Part shown: positions 1 to 11,643 of the stretch, piece by piece
Numbering within the stretch: the first letter of the stretch is position 1
Layout of the letters: each line of letters starts with the position of its first letter
NCBI RefSeq assembly: GCF_006345805.1
Contig: NC_043014.1
Span: 39,618,001 to 39,682,000, forward strand
DNA from: Octopus sinensis
Taxonomy: Eukaryota
Length of the DNA: 64,000 nt
Reading direction: 5' to 3'
Made by a program: the position numbers and the translations under genes
The notes under the pieces: model-generated
Database searches by the model: none
What the model was told of the DNA's origin: nothing
The model's input: only the letters and a program-made list of their open reading frames with translations

Positions 1-396
1 ACCATGTGGTTGGTAAACAAGCTAAGAGTTGATCTTGCTCCAACAGTATCAACTCTTTGTTAGATATACTTTCTCTATGGATCACTAGTAACTAAACTAC
101 ATTTTCTTCTGCGACCTTCAATGATTATTACACAAAACTATAACAACACATCAAATATGAAATCAATTCGAACAAAGACTGAAGAAGTTGAAAAGTGGCA
201 GCGAAATAAAAATAAAAAAAAAGATCCAAGAAAACTCTTCTAACGGACTCGACTATCAGACTACTTAGTAATCCAATACAGAGACGTGTAATGCAGAGTG
301 TCCACGCAGCTGAAAACCAGAAGATCCAGTCGCTGAAATTACTTAATGAGGAATATACAAACCATAATTAGTCGCGAGGTATGAGAGATGACTGCA

Positions 397-813
397 GGAT
401 TTTTTCGGTTTGAACGGCAGTTTTTTAAAATAATTTCCACGCAACTAAACACTTTTAAACTTCGTATCCTGGTAGAATATGTTTATAAAACATCTTTTTC
501 TCTTGGCTTTATTGAGAAAATTCTATAGTTTGTAAGATATTTGTTGTTGTTTTTTTAAATTTCTGCAATTTCAGCCAATCAATGACGTCTATTGAGGTAA
601 AAAAAAACATTCTGTGCCGTATGAATATGTCCCTCGTTTAAGAAAAACAGATGGGTTTATTTTACATTTCTGAAGAAAAAAGATACCCTTCCCCCCCACC
701 CCTAACCCTAAAACAGATTGAAATGCAATAGTTCAATACTAGGGTCATAATTATGGGTGACAATTTCATATGACACCGCTATAAAAAAACTGCCGTTCAA
801 ACCGAAAAGATCC
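397..813 (+). mobile_element. MITE, GGATCTTTTCGGTTTGAACGGCAG TIR family (Merlin-like), copy 1
   Basis: About 24-bp TIRs; flanks share gactgca; internal CCCTAA repeats. Confidence 0.88.
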
Positions 814-1878
814 GACTGCATTAATAGGCATGCTAGGCATTGCACAATTCAATTGTATATTCATGAATCAATGGAAATAAAGTAAGCTCATCATATAACC
901 AAGAGAGTTGAATCGCTGGTAACTATCATGTTCTGGTCATCTGATGAGCTTTCTTTCTTTATTTGTTTTGATTTGTTAATATATCAATACAATTGTATTG
1001 TATAATGCGTATCTTACATATTAATCATATCAATGCAAATATACAAGCATGATTTATTCCACACTAGTGTCACAATATCTTTCCGAATTTGATGTAAACT
1101 TTCTACTTGTGGAAAACTTGTAAAGTCACGAAAGTTCTTCACAGATAGTATACCTTAAAGTTAGCTATCGCACTTTAGGGTTTGCAACGTCTGCAGTGAG
1201 AACCAATGGATGACAACGGAGAGAAAATGAAACCAAGTACCCAAAAAGTTACTTCGTTCACTGCCCGAAAGCTGTTTTGTCAGTGATCGAACGTAATGGG
1301 ACGGCAATTGGTTGAGGATCAGACCCGACGCATTGTTCCGATAAGCACGATGGTAATTTTCTTAAAAAGCCGAAACTTTGTAATGATGATTTGTTAAAAG
1401 CAAATATGTATTTAGAAGGTGCTTCTTTCAGTCTGTTAGCTTTCTAGGATTGGAAGTCGTTGAATAGCTATGTACAAAAAGATTTTCCTTTAATGTCGTC
1501 TGCGTATGAGCTGTGTGCGTTTTGCGGAGGTGTGAAAAGGTCGCGTAGCTTTGACACACAAAAAAAAACAATGACGAACGGGTGGATCCTTACAATAACA
1601 CGATTCAGTAATTTACATATTGCAATATATAATATGTTTCACAGTCTGAAAGCTAATTCACGAGCCAGAGTTTTGGGTCTTTTTCAAAGAGGTGTCAAGT
1701 TTTAACTTTTATTCAAGTATAATGTAGCGCGGTTGACGAATGTTATGTATCTGCTTATCAATAAACTTGTTGGGGCAGTTATTTTCCCGGCGGCTAGGAA
1801 ACATCATTTAGACCAATCGAAGAGCTGCATCTCACATGCCGCTAAGCAGAGATACATGCATCTCTCTCTCACTTCCTT

Positions 1879-1889
<11 letters not shown>

Positions 1890-1911
<22 letters not shown>

Positions 1912-1927
1912 ATATATATATATATAG

Positions 1928-1982
<55 letters not shown>

Positions 1983-1987
1983 TCATA

Positions 1988-2023
<36 letters not shown>

Positions 2024-2026
2024 GTG

Positions 2027-2057
<31 letters not shown>

Positions 2058-2130
2058 AATGTATATATATATATATGTATATATATATATGATATATATA
2101 TTATATGTATATTATATATATGTGTATATA

Positions 2131-2172
<42 letters not shown>

Positions 2173-2310
2173 TATATATACACACATACATATATATATT
2201 ATATATAAATTATATATATATATATGTATTATATATATATATATATATTATGTATATATATTATATATTATATATATATATATTATAGTATATTATATTA
2301 TTATATATAT
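1890..2310. repeat. Imperfect (AT)n microsatellite
   Basis: Direct inspection. Confidence 0.95.
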
Positions 2311-2625
2311 AATCATATCCAAAAATATAACCTCCAACAATGCATGAAGACCCTCAATCAATACCAAAGATCAGCTGAGGAGAAGTGGGCCATTGAAAAA
2401 ATCAAACTCAACCCAAGTGTTTCTTTTCATTTGCGAGGAAACGCAGGGTCACTGTCTCCACTGTAGGCCCTCTAATTGACGAAACTGGCACTCTCCAAGA
2501 TAATGCCAAATCCATGGCCGAGATACTGCAGAAACAATACTGCTCTGTTTTCAGAAATCCTGATATGGCCGATCTCGGCTGTATCAGTGATGTCAACCCC
2601 CAACACACTATATTGGACATAACAT
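2300..2625 (+). mobile_element. CR1/L2-like LINE ORF2 fragment (endonuclease-RT linker), cut by the gap
   Basis: AIEKIKLNP then 1-bp frameshift to CFFSFARKRRVTVSTVGPLIDETGTLQDNAKSMAEILQKQYCSVF, matching the KIKxNPKxFYSY...GPL...MAEIL...F.SVF linker pattern. Confidence 0.8.
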
Positions 2626-2725
2626 NNNNNNNNNNNNNNNNNNNNNNNNNNNNNNNNNNNNNNNNNNNNNNNNNNNNNNNNNNNNNNNNNNNNNNNNNNN
2701 NNNNNNNNNNNNNNNNNNNNNNNNN
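2626..2725. other. Assembly gap (100 N)
   Basis: Run of N; sequence on either side is not necessarily contiguous. Confidence 0.99.
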
Positions 2726-2767
2726 GGGGGGACAAGCACAGACACACAAATACACGCGCGCGCGCAC

Positions 2768-2848
<81 letters not shown>

Positions 2849-3000
2849 GGCTGTGTGGTAAGTAGCTTGCTAACCAACCACATGGTTCAGGGTTCAGTTC
2901 CACTGTGTGGCACCTTGGGCAAGTGTCTTCTGCTATAGCCCCGGGCCAACCAATGCCTTGTGAGTGGATTTGGTAGACGGAAACTGAAAGAAACCTGTCG

Positions 3001-3073
<73 letters not shown>

Positions 3074-3290
3074 CGTGTGTGTTTGTGTGCCTGTGTTTGT
3101 CCCCCTACCATTGCTTGACAACCGATGCTGGAGTGTTATGTACCCGTTACTTAGCGGTTCGGCAAAAGAGAACGATAGAATAAGTATTGGGCTTACAAAA
3201 AGAATAAGTCCCGGGGTCGAGTTGCTCGATTAAAGGCGGTGCTCCAGCATGGCCGCAGTCAAATGAATGAAACAAGTAAAAGAGTAATAA
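2849..3290 (+). mobile_element. tRNA-derived SINE family A (head ggctgtgtggtaag; internal AT/GT microsatellite)
   Basis: Representative copy. Other plus copies approx. 4095-4430, 8690-8890, 24945-25370, 26745-27000, 27490-28015 (tandem partials), 31425-31940, 44805-44960, 45563-45805, 46741-47110, 48385-48750, 50950-51130, 53758-54090, 60983-61368. Confidence 0.85.
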
Positions 3291-3295
3291 AAGAG

Positions 3296-3335
<40 letters not shown>

Positions 3336-3542
3336 TACATATATACGACGGGCTTTCTTCAGTTTCCGTCTACCAAATCCACTCACAAGACTTTGGTCAG
3401 CCCGAGGCTATAGTAGAAAAAACGCGTCCATGGTGCCACGCAGTGGGACTGAACCCAGAACCATGTGGTTGGTAAGCAAGCTACTTACCATACAGCCACA
3501 TTGATATCTATATACAATGTTCGTGATATTGCTGGTGTAGAG

Positions 3543-3701
3543 CAGTAGCGTAGCTAGAGGCGTACCGCCCGAGGCAACACTTGAGTTTGTCACTCCAACA
3601 GCCGAGCCCTGAAAAAAATACAATATATTGACTTATACAGCAGACCCAAAAGTGCTGCTCGGGACGGGCCAACTACTCTCTGCCTCCCAGCTACGCTACT
3701 G
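3543..3701. mobile_element. Short GC-rich MITE, 13-bp TIR cagtagcgtagct/agctacgctactg
   Basis: Perfect TIR; related copy at 31610-31751. Confidence 0.75.
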
Positions 3702-4203
3702 ATATAAAGCATGTTAAAGGACCATTGCTGCATCCTGAGCGGTTTACGATACCACAAATCCGTTTTGCAGATATAGTGGGAAATAGTCTGACATAAATTA
3801 GACTTTAGCTTTAGACGTTCATTGATGCTTGATTTCTGAATATGTTGGTAGGAACTAATGATATAAACAAAAGCTGAACTTTCTGTACGTTTGTATTTGA
3901 CAGCATTTCTTGAATTACCAAATTTTGAACCAAAGTGTAATGACATTTGCTTCTAATAAGACCCAATGGAAGTGGCGCCTGAGGTCTCTATCCCAACGAC
4001 GCCCACCAAAATATAGTGGGCGGAGAAGATGGATGGATGGATGGATGAATCAAAGTACCTGATTAATGCTTTAGGCCATTCGTCAAAATTTGTGTGGTAA
4101 GACATGGTTCCGGGTTCAGTTGCAAGTGTCTTCTACTATAGTCTCGGGCAGACCAAAGTCTTGTGAGTGGATTTGGTAGGCGGAAATTGAAAGAAGCCCG
4201 TCG

Positions 4204-4252
<49 letters not shown>

Positions 4253-4888
4253 ATCTAAATGTCTGTGTGTCATTGTGTTTGCACCCCCATCACCACTTGA
4301 CAACCGGCGTTGGTTTGTTTACATCCCATATATTAGCGGTTCGGCCAGTTTGTTCGACTAAAAGAAAAACCCTTCGGGGCGGTGCTCCAGCATGGCCGTA
4401 GTCAAATAACTGAAACAAATAGAAGAATAAAAGAATTCTTTTAAAAAAAAAGAACAACGAAATTCTTATTTTGCCCCCTTTCGTTAATTCCATTGTGCTT
4501 ATCAACCGTTGGTGGAGCACCTCTGCTCGCGAGCGAGCCTATGGCTACCATTTATTAACGAAGATATATGTTGAAATGCAATACGTTAAAATACATACCA
4601 ATGAGTATGGAAAATAACCAGAAGTAGACATTAAGCAGGTTCATAAGTTCAATGATACAGAATAACATAAATATATGCCTAACCTCAGATCTAACCTTGT
4701 ATTACTTTTCAAGGTTTTAGATTATAATATCTGTAAAGCATTGTTCATTTCAAATAATTTTTTTTTTTAAATTGAGGACAAGTATTATGAATAGTAAAGT
4801 TATATTTAAATGCATAATATATATATATATATATATACAGATTACTGGAATAGTAAAGTTATATTTAAATGCATAATATTATATATAT

Positions 4889-4927
<39 letters not shown>

Positions 4928-4930
<3 letters not shown>

Positions 4931-5778
4931 TTACTAGAAGCTGGTCTAAAATCCTGTAGGGCCGCCCGTAAGCCGCTCCTTACAGCCCAAAACCGGAAGA
5001 GGCGGCTGCTCTGGGCCCGTGCCCACAAGACATGGACCGTGCAGCGTGGCGGACAGTGATGTTCACTGACGAGTCGCGATTCAGTCTCGTCAGTGACAAG
5101 CCTGTCCATGTGCGACGCCGCAGGGGTGAGCGCTTCAACAAAGACTGCATTGCTCCCACCATGAAGCATGGTGGGGGTGGTCTGATGGTGTGGGGGGCAT
5201 TCAGCTACAGTGGTGTTGGGCGGCTCTATGCCGTCAAAGGCAACATCAACGCAGCAAAGTACGTTGAGATAGTACGGAATGCTGCCCTACCCTCTGCGGG
5301 ATACCTCTTTGGTGCTCCAGCAGGACAACGCGCCTCCCCACATAGCCAAGCTCACAACCGGTTTCTTCAAGGACCATGGGGTGACGGTCATGGACTGGCC
5401 TGGCCAGTCACCTGACCTGAACCCTATTGAGAACCACTGGAGTCGATTGGGTAGGGATTTGAATGTGCAGCAATACAGGAACCGACACGAGCTGTTTGGG
5501 GCACTTCTTGCTGCATGGAGGGCCATCCCTGCACAGTACCTGCAGGCACTCATAGACAGCATGCCGGCCCGCATAGCAGCTGTCATTGCTGCCAAAGGAG
5601 GAGCAACAAGATATTGACTAAATTTCACGATTAATAACAATTATGTGGTATGCTGGGATATGTTTTAATAAATTTTTGATTAAAAACGAGTTCGTTTCTG
5701 ATAATAAGTTAATTAAATTAAGAAAATGTAAGAAAATGTAGAAATTTGAGAAGTGCTAATTAATTTCTGACGCAAGTG
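4928..5778 (+). mobile_element. 5'-truncated Tc1-family (DD34E) transposon with frameshifted transposase pseudogene and right TIR
   Basis: RLLEAGLKSCRAARKPLLT..., VMFTDESRF, KHGGGGLMVWGAFS, QQDNAPPH, WPGQSPDLNPIEN (34 residues between D and E), AKGGATRY* at 5617. Frameshifts near 5045 and 5310. Ends ...ctgacgcaagtg followed by TA at 5779. Confidence 0.93.
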
Positions 5779-6764
5779 TATATATATAATTATCAATAAT
5801 AATATAGGGTGAAATTAATTAATTTGGAATAATCATCAATTTCACCAAGTAGATCGGCATGTAAAACCCCCATTCAATTTCGAAACGTATGTCCGTAGGT
5901 GACTTAATATAGAATGATTGTCGTCGTTTCTTTCTCTTTTGCCTGCGTTGTTTGCCTTTTAAGTGCTATGGTTTTACTGGGATCTCCCTTTTAAGTAGAA
6001 AAAATAGCCAAAACTCTTTTGACTGCTATTTCTAAATTCGGTGTGTGGTGAGGCAAATCGTTGCTAAACCCTTAATTACTTAGTATATATATATATAATA
6101 TATATATATATATTATAATATATATTATATATATATATATTATATTTATATACGTAACAGTAATGGTGAAGGTGGAATCAGTGGTCACCAGTGTAACGGT
6201 TGTTGTTGCTGTTGAGCGAACGGTCTTCGTCCCAGAGCTCGCAAGGTGGGAGTAGTCCGAAACGTGGTCCTTTGCTATTCGTAAGACCCGCAGAAGAGAA
6301 AGCAGGTCAACCCCCACGACACCGAGAGCATCGACGGATGGATGAATGCGCATCCAGGCTCAGTGGTTGCGTAGGAAGTCGGGGACAAGAAGCAGGAAGA
6401 AAGAGTGAGAGAAAGTTGGAGCGAAAGAGTACAGCATGGGGTCGCCACCACACCCTGTCGGAGCCTCGTGAAGCTTTAAGTGTTTTCGCTCAATAAACAC
6501 ACACAACGCCCGGTCTGAGCGAGTCCGCTGCCCTAACCACTGGGCCATTGCGCCTCCACTTGTTGTTGCTGCAGATGTGCAAGATGAAAGAACAGAAATC
6601 GAAGTTGTAAAGAAATATTTATTTACTGTTACTTAATATAATGCCGTGCTTCGATGGGCAGATGTGATATAATTGAAAGAGCAAACGAGGTTAAGAAAGG
6701 TTATTTTGACCTGTATGTGTGTACACGTTCTTATTGTTGTAGTAAACCATAGATAGTGATAGAT

Positions 6765-7102
6765 GGGAGCACTCCGTCGGTTACGACGATGAGGGTTCCG
6801 GTTGATCCGAATCAACGGAACAGCCTGCTCGTGAAATTAACGTGTAAGTGGCTGAGCACTCCACAGACACGTGTACCCTTAACGTGACACAGAGTGACAG
6901 GTACAACAGAAACAGGAAGTAAGAGTGAGAGAAAGTTGCGGTGAAAGAGTACAGCAGGGATCACCACAATCCCCTGCCGGAGCCTCGTGGAGCTTTAAGT
7001 GTTTTCGCTCAATAAACACTCACAACGCCCGGTCAGGGAATCGAAACCGCGATCCTATGACCGCGAGTCCGCTGCCCTAACCACTGGGCCATTGCGCCTC
7101 CA
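6765..7102 (-). mobile_element. tRNA-derived SINE family D (ggaggcgcaatggcccagtggttaggg head)
   Basis: Other copies approx. 6200-6558 (-, different tail), 12760-12955 (-), 25829-26340 (+, split by LINE). Confidence 0.82.
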
Positions 7103-7171
7103 CATAGTGATAGAATGATGTAAGAGAAAAGAAATTGAGCTAGTGAAAGTTATAGAGTCGAGGGAAGGTAT

Positions 7172-7592
7172 GGAATCTTTTCGGTTTGAACGGCAGTTTT
7201 TTTCTAGCGGTGTCATATGAAATTGTCACCCATAATTATGACCCTAGTATCGATCTATTGCATTTCAATCTGTTTTAGGGTTAGGGTTAGAGGTGGGGGA
7301 AGGGTATCTTCTTTTCTTCACAAATGTAAATAAACCCAATCTGTTTCTTAAACGAGGGACATATTCATACGGCACAGAATGTTTTTTTACCTCAATAGAA
7401 GTCAGTGATTGGTTGAAATTGCAGAAATTAAAGAAAGAAAAACAACAAATATCTTACAAACTATAGAATTTTCTCAATAAAGCCAAGAGAAAAAGATGTT
7501 TTATAAACACCATTCTACCAGTATACGAAGTTTAAAAGTGTTTAGTTACCTAGAAATTATGTTAAAAACTGCCGTTCAAACCGAAAAGATCC
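7172..7592 (-). mobile_element. Same MITE family, copy 2 (opposite orientation)
   Basis: TIRs ggaatcttttcggtttgaacggcag / ctgccgttcaaaccgaaaagatcc; no matching TSD. Confidence 0.88.
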
Positions 7593-7992
7593 AAGTTGTG
7601 TCTCATAGTTTGCTAATTGTAACCTCCTTTCTCCCTCTGGCCATTTGGTCTCAAGTGGCTGCCTGCTTGTGGCCATGACTCTAGTTGTCCGTTCACTAAC
7701 TGATTTTGCCTTACCAAATTCTAGTATGCAAAACCAGCCAGAAGGATAGATATATTGTTCAGAACAATAGATTTCGTTGGGGTCTGTTATGGCCTTGCAA
7801 AGGTTAGAAGGGTCAAGTGGAAAATACATTATTCTGCTTAGCGAAGTCATCTGGTAAATTGTAACTGCTGTCACTCACAGAAAAACTATTGTTTTACCGT
7901 GAGAAAAGTGCTGTTGAACTGTTAAGTGAAATTTGTCGATCGCGGATCGAATCCACGCCATGCCTGCATGAACCACTACACACCACACACAG

Positions 7993-8042
<50 letters not shown>

Positions 8043-8174
8043 TATATTATATATATATATTATATATTATATATAATATACTTACTACTAATATAGATGA
8101 AGTTTTTATAGAAAAAAATTCCATCAAAAAATGTGGCAGCATATTAAAATACCTTTAAAGTTAAAATTATAAAC

Positions 8175-8348
8175 AACTTATAAATAAGGGCTAAAGAAAA
8201 TTATTTCTATGCCAATATACTGATAACAGACTTTTAAATCGTCAATTTCCACAAATTATTTACTCGCTACAGAAAAACACGTAGAGCTAAAGTCTGTTAT
8301 CAGCATATTGGCATAGAAATAATTTTCTTTAGCTCTTATTTATAAGTT
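8175..8348. repeat. 60-bp near-perfect inverted repeat with 54-bp spacer
   Basis: Arms 8175-8234 and 8289-8348 differ at 2 of 60 positions. Confidence 0.9.
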
Positions 8349-8386
8349 ATATATACATACATACATATATATATATATAATATATA

Positions 8387-8434
<48 letters not shown>

Positions 8435-9402
8435 TTCCAACCTTTCTCATTAACCAAGAGAAACGGTAGAGCATTCGCACCAAATATATCATTGTATCTA
8501 GCTTTATCCCTCTTCTTTCTTCGTTTTAATTTGCTTTTCCATGCAGATGCACCATCCCTGTGTGCAGACCGCTTTGTATAATCACAACTGCCGTAAAGGG
8601 AAAAAAGAGCATTGGCAAGGAAAACAAAGGCAGGTCAAATGGTCTTCAGATTTGTTCAGAAATTCGACAACTTACCTGTGGACATCCATTTGTGTGTGTG
8701 TGTGTGTGTGTGTGTGTCCCACCACCACCGTTTGACAAACGGTGATGGTGTGTTTACGTCCTCGTAATTTAGCGGTTCATCGAAGGATATCGATAGATTT
8801 AGTACCAGTCGATTCATTCGACTAAAATTCTTCAACGCGGTGCTCCAGCATGGCCGTAGTCTAATGACCGCAGCAAGTGAAAAATAAAAGACAAATGAGC
8901 AACTGCATAGATGCCCCTCGTCTGCCCATATATTTTCGTCTTTGTCAAGAACAAAGAACCTTTCGTTCGCTTGCATTTCTAAATTCAAGCACTTTTAATC
9001 TCAAGTACCCTAGAATCTCTAAATTGTCTCGTTCAACTATATTATTGGCTTGGATTTAAAGCGGCGAGCTGGTTGAATCGTTAGCACGCTGGGCAAAATA
9101 CAGTTCTTACGGCTTTACGTTTTGAGTTCAAAACTCCACCGAGGTCGACTTTGTCTTTCATCTTTTTCGGGTTCGATAAAATAAGTACCAGTTGAGTACA
9201 GAGTCAATGTAATCGACTTTCTCTCTCCCCCCCAAAAAAAATTTCAGGCCTTATACTAAAATTTGAAATCATTACTGACTTGGATTAAAACGGCGAGTCC
9301 CCCTCTCACAAAATTTCAGGTCTTGTGCCTGTAGTAAAAAAACCGAATTAATGGCTTGAATTCGGGTTAAGCGTGAGAGCAGATATACAATAATCCTATA
9401 CA

Positions 9403-9762
9403 GGCGGCGAGCTGGCAGAAACGTTAGCGCGCTGGGCGAAATGCTTTACCTTTCATCCTTTCGGGGTCGATAAATTAAGTACCAGTTACGCACTGGGGTC
9501 GATGTAATCGACTTAATACCTACGTCTGTCCTTGTTTGTCCCCTCTATGTTTAGCCCCTTGTGGGTTGTAAAGAAATAGGTATTTCGTCTGTCGTTACGT
9601 TCTGAGTTCAAACTCCGCCGGGGTCGACTTTGCCTTTCATCCTTTCGGGGTCGATAAATAAAGTACCAGTTTCGCACTGGGGCCGATGTAATCGAGTTAA
9701 TCCCTTTGTCTGTCCTTGTTTGTCCCCTCTGTGTTTCGCCCCTTGTGGGCAGTAAAGAAATA
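9403..9762 (+). mobile_element. tRNA-derived SINE family B (ggcggcgagctggcag head; gcctttcatcctttcggggtcgataaa core), dimeric copy
   Basis: 19-bp TSD atatacaataatcctatac. Many further copies, e.g. 9060-9260, 11020-11190, 13090-13502, 19215-19570, 22295-22528, 25468-25705, 30260-30715, 34657-35500, 36470-37080, 37696-37865, 39045-39210, 45820-46055, 47700-47992, 53330-53470, 60660-60830. Confidence 0.88.
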
Positions 9763-9784
9763 TATACAATAATCCTATACGTTA

Positions 9785-10205
9785 ATACCTATTTCTTTAC
9801 TACCCACAAGGGGCTACACACAGAGAGGACAAACAAGGACAGACAAACGGATTAAGTCGATTACATCGACCCCAGTGCGTAACTGGTACTTAATTTTAAC
9901 GACCCCGAAAGGATGACAGGCAAAGTCGTCCTCGGCGGAATTTGAACTCAGAATGTAACGGCAGGTAAAATACCTATTTCTTTATTACCCACAAGGGGCT
10001 AAACACAGAGGGGACAAACAAGGACAGACATAGGTATTAAGTCGATTACATCGACCCCAGTGCGTAACTGGTACTTAATTTATCGACCCCGAAAGGATGA
10101 AAGGCAAAGTCGACCTCGGCGGAATTTGAACTCACAACGTAACGCAGACGAAATACCGCTAAGCATTTCGCCCAGCGTGCTAACGTTTCTGCCAGCTCGC
10201 CGCCT
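9785..10205 (-). mobile_element. SINE family B, dimeric copy in opposite orientation
   Basis: 12-bp TSD tcctatacgtta (9773-9784, 10206-10217). Confidence 0.88.
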
Positions 10206-10561
10206 TCCTATACGTTAGTACCATCAACCCTTACTCATCCACAACAGAAGTCTAATTATAGCGACTATTGTTCATATCTTAACAATCAATACTTATTAGA
10301 ATGTTCATGAGACAGGTGTTAGTGCTACCATAACAGAATTCAGGTTAGTTTTCAAGCTGTAGAATCAATTGGGAATTTAAACTAATTTTAAAACACCATC
10401 TGCATAAAAATAATAACTAATTAGTGTCAACATGTTTACTACCAGGTCTATTAAGAAAAGCTAACGAGAAATACATATGCGATGAAGGGGGAAAATAATA
10501 ATATTTGTCATTTGTCAAAGACTGACATCATTTTACGATTTTCCCGAAAACACGGGAAACA

Positions 10562-10743
10562 ATTCTGAACATATTTTAGTCTTATTCTGATCTCCTCACT
10601 AAAGTACAGCCACCACTGAACTTACCAAACTAAAGGATGAGTTTATAAGTAGGAATGGATCATTGTTCAGAGATTAAGTAAAATTATTCTGAATATATTT
10701 TAGTCTTATTCTGATCTCCTCACTAAAGTATAGCCACTAAATT

Positions 10744-10784
<41 letters not shown>

Positions 10785-10870
10785 TTTATAAGTAGGAATG
10801 AGTTTATAAGTAGGAATGAGTTTATAAGTAGGAATGGATCATTGTTCAGAGATTAAGTAAAATTATTCTT
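10562..10870. repeat. Local tandem duplication (about 125 bp) with triplicated 18-mer gagtttataagtaggaat
   Basis: 10562-10613 repeated at 10686-10737; 10639-10690 repeated at 10818-10870. Confidence 0.85.
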
Positions 10871-11395
10871 AATTTTTTTTCCTCGCAAGCACGGGAGATG
10901 ATATCGTAAATGTTTCCATCTTTCCACTAATGGGGAAATGAGCAATAGTCCATTACGGGGGGTTATTATGCCCTAATATTAGACTATTCTCTGTAGTCAA
11001 TATACGGTGAGTCGTACAAAATGCTTAGTAGCATTTCGTCCGTCTTTATGTTTTAGATTCAAATTCCGCCAAGGTCGACTTTGCCTATCATCCTTCCGGG
11101 GTCAATAAAATAAGTACCAGTCCAGTGCTGGGGCCGATATAATTGGCTTACCCCCTCGCCTAAAGTTGCAGAACTTGTGCCAAAATTTGAAATTAATATG
11201 TGGTGAAAGTTTATAATTTTATTTACATAATTTTAGCTTTTGTTTGATTAAAATAATTATTGCTTTCAATTTTTCCTTCCCTTTTTTTTTTGTCTTTGTT
11301 CTTTCTAGCAAAGGGATGAAAGAAGTTACAAAATTTAATAACCCCTGATTTACAGGAAGTAGTTGTACCTATATAGAAATTTTTTTAAATAATAA

Positions 11396-11643
11396 ATGCG
11401 CCCTTTTAAAGCCTAGCCAGGCTCATGGGCCCGGTTTCCTGGTTTCAGTGGTGTATGTGTTCCCCAGCTGGACGGGACGCCAGTCCATCGCAGCGTTACT
11501 CATTTTTGCCAGCTGAGTGGACTGGAGCAACGTGAAATGAAGTGTTTTGCTCAAGAACACAACGCATCGCCCGGTCCACGAATCGAAACCCCAATCTTAC
11601 GATCATGATGCTGACACCCTAACCACTAAGCCACGCGCCTCCA
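11396..11643 (-). mobile_element. tRNA-derived SINE family C (V-domain-like tgcgatggactggcgtcccgtccag)
   Basis: 16-bp TSD agttgtacctatatag (11361-11376, 11645-11660). Other copies 14363-14609 (+), 18962-19208 (-, inserted in a family-B head with gggcgaaat TSD), 27003-27250 (+). Confidence 0.88.

Noticed and set aside
841-1005. Degenerate inverted repeat (aagctcatca / tgatgagctt)
   Set aside because: Only 10 bp are perfect; at most an old MITE remnant.
1804-2466. YI/IY-rich ORFs and other CV/HT/LS-repeat ORFs in the track
   Set aside because: Translations of (AT)n, (CA)n, (AG)n and (TATC)n microsatellites; not genes.
3590-3946. 118-aa minus-strand ORF
   Set aside because: Runs into a MITE, has no recognisable motif and lacks convincing splice signals.
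7593-7600. AAGTTGTG right of the MITE at 7172-7592 equals the left flank of the element at 19601
   Set aside because: It suggested a 12-kb rearrangement, but the 19601 element has its own matching right flank (aagttgat), so chance or target preference is simpler.
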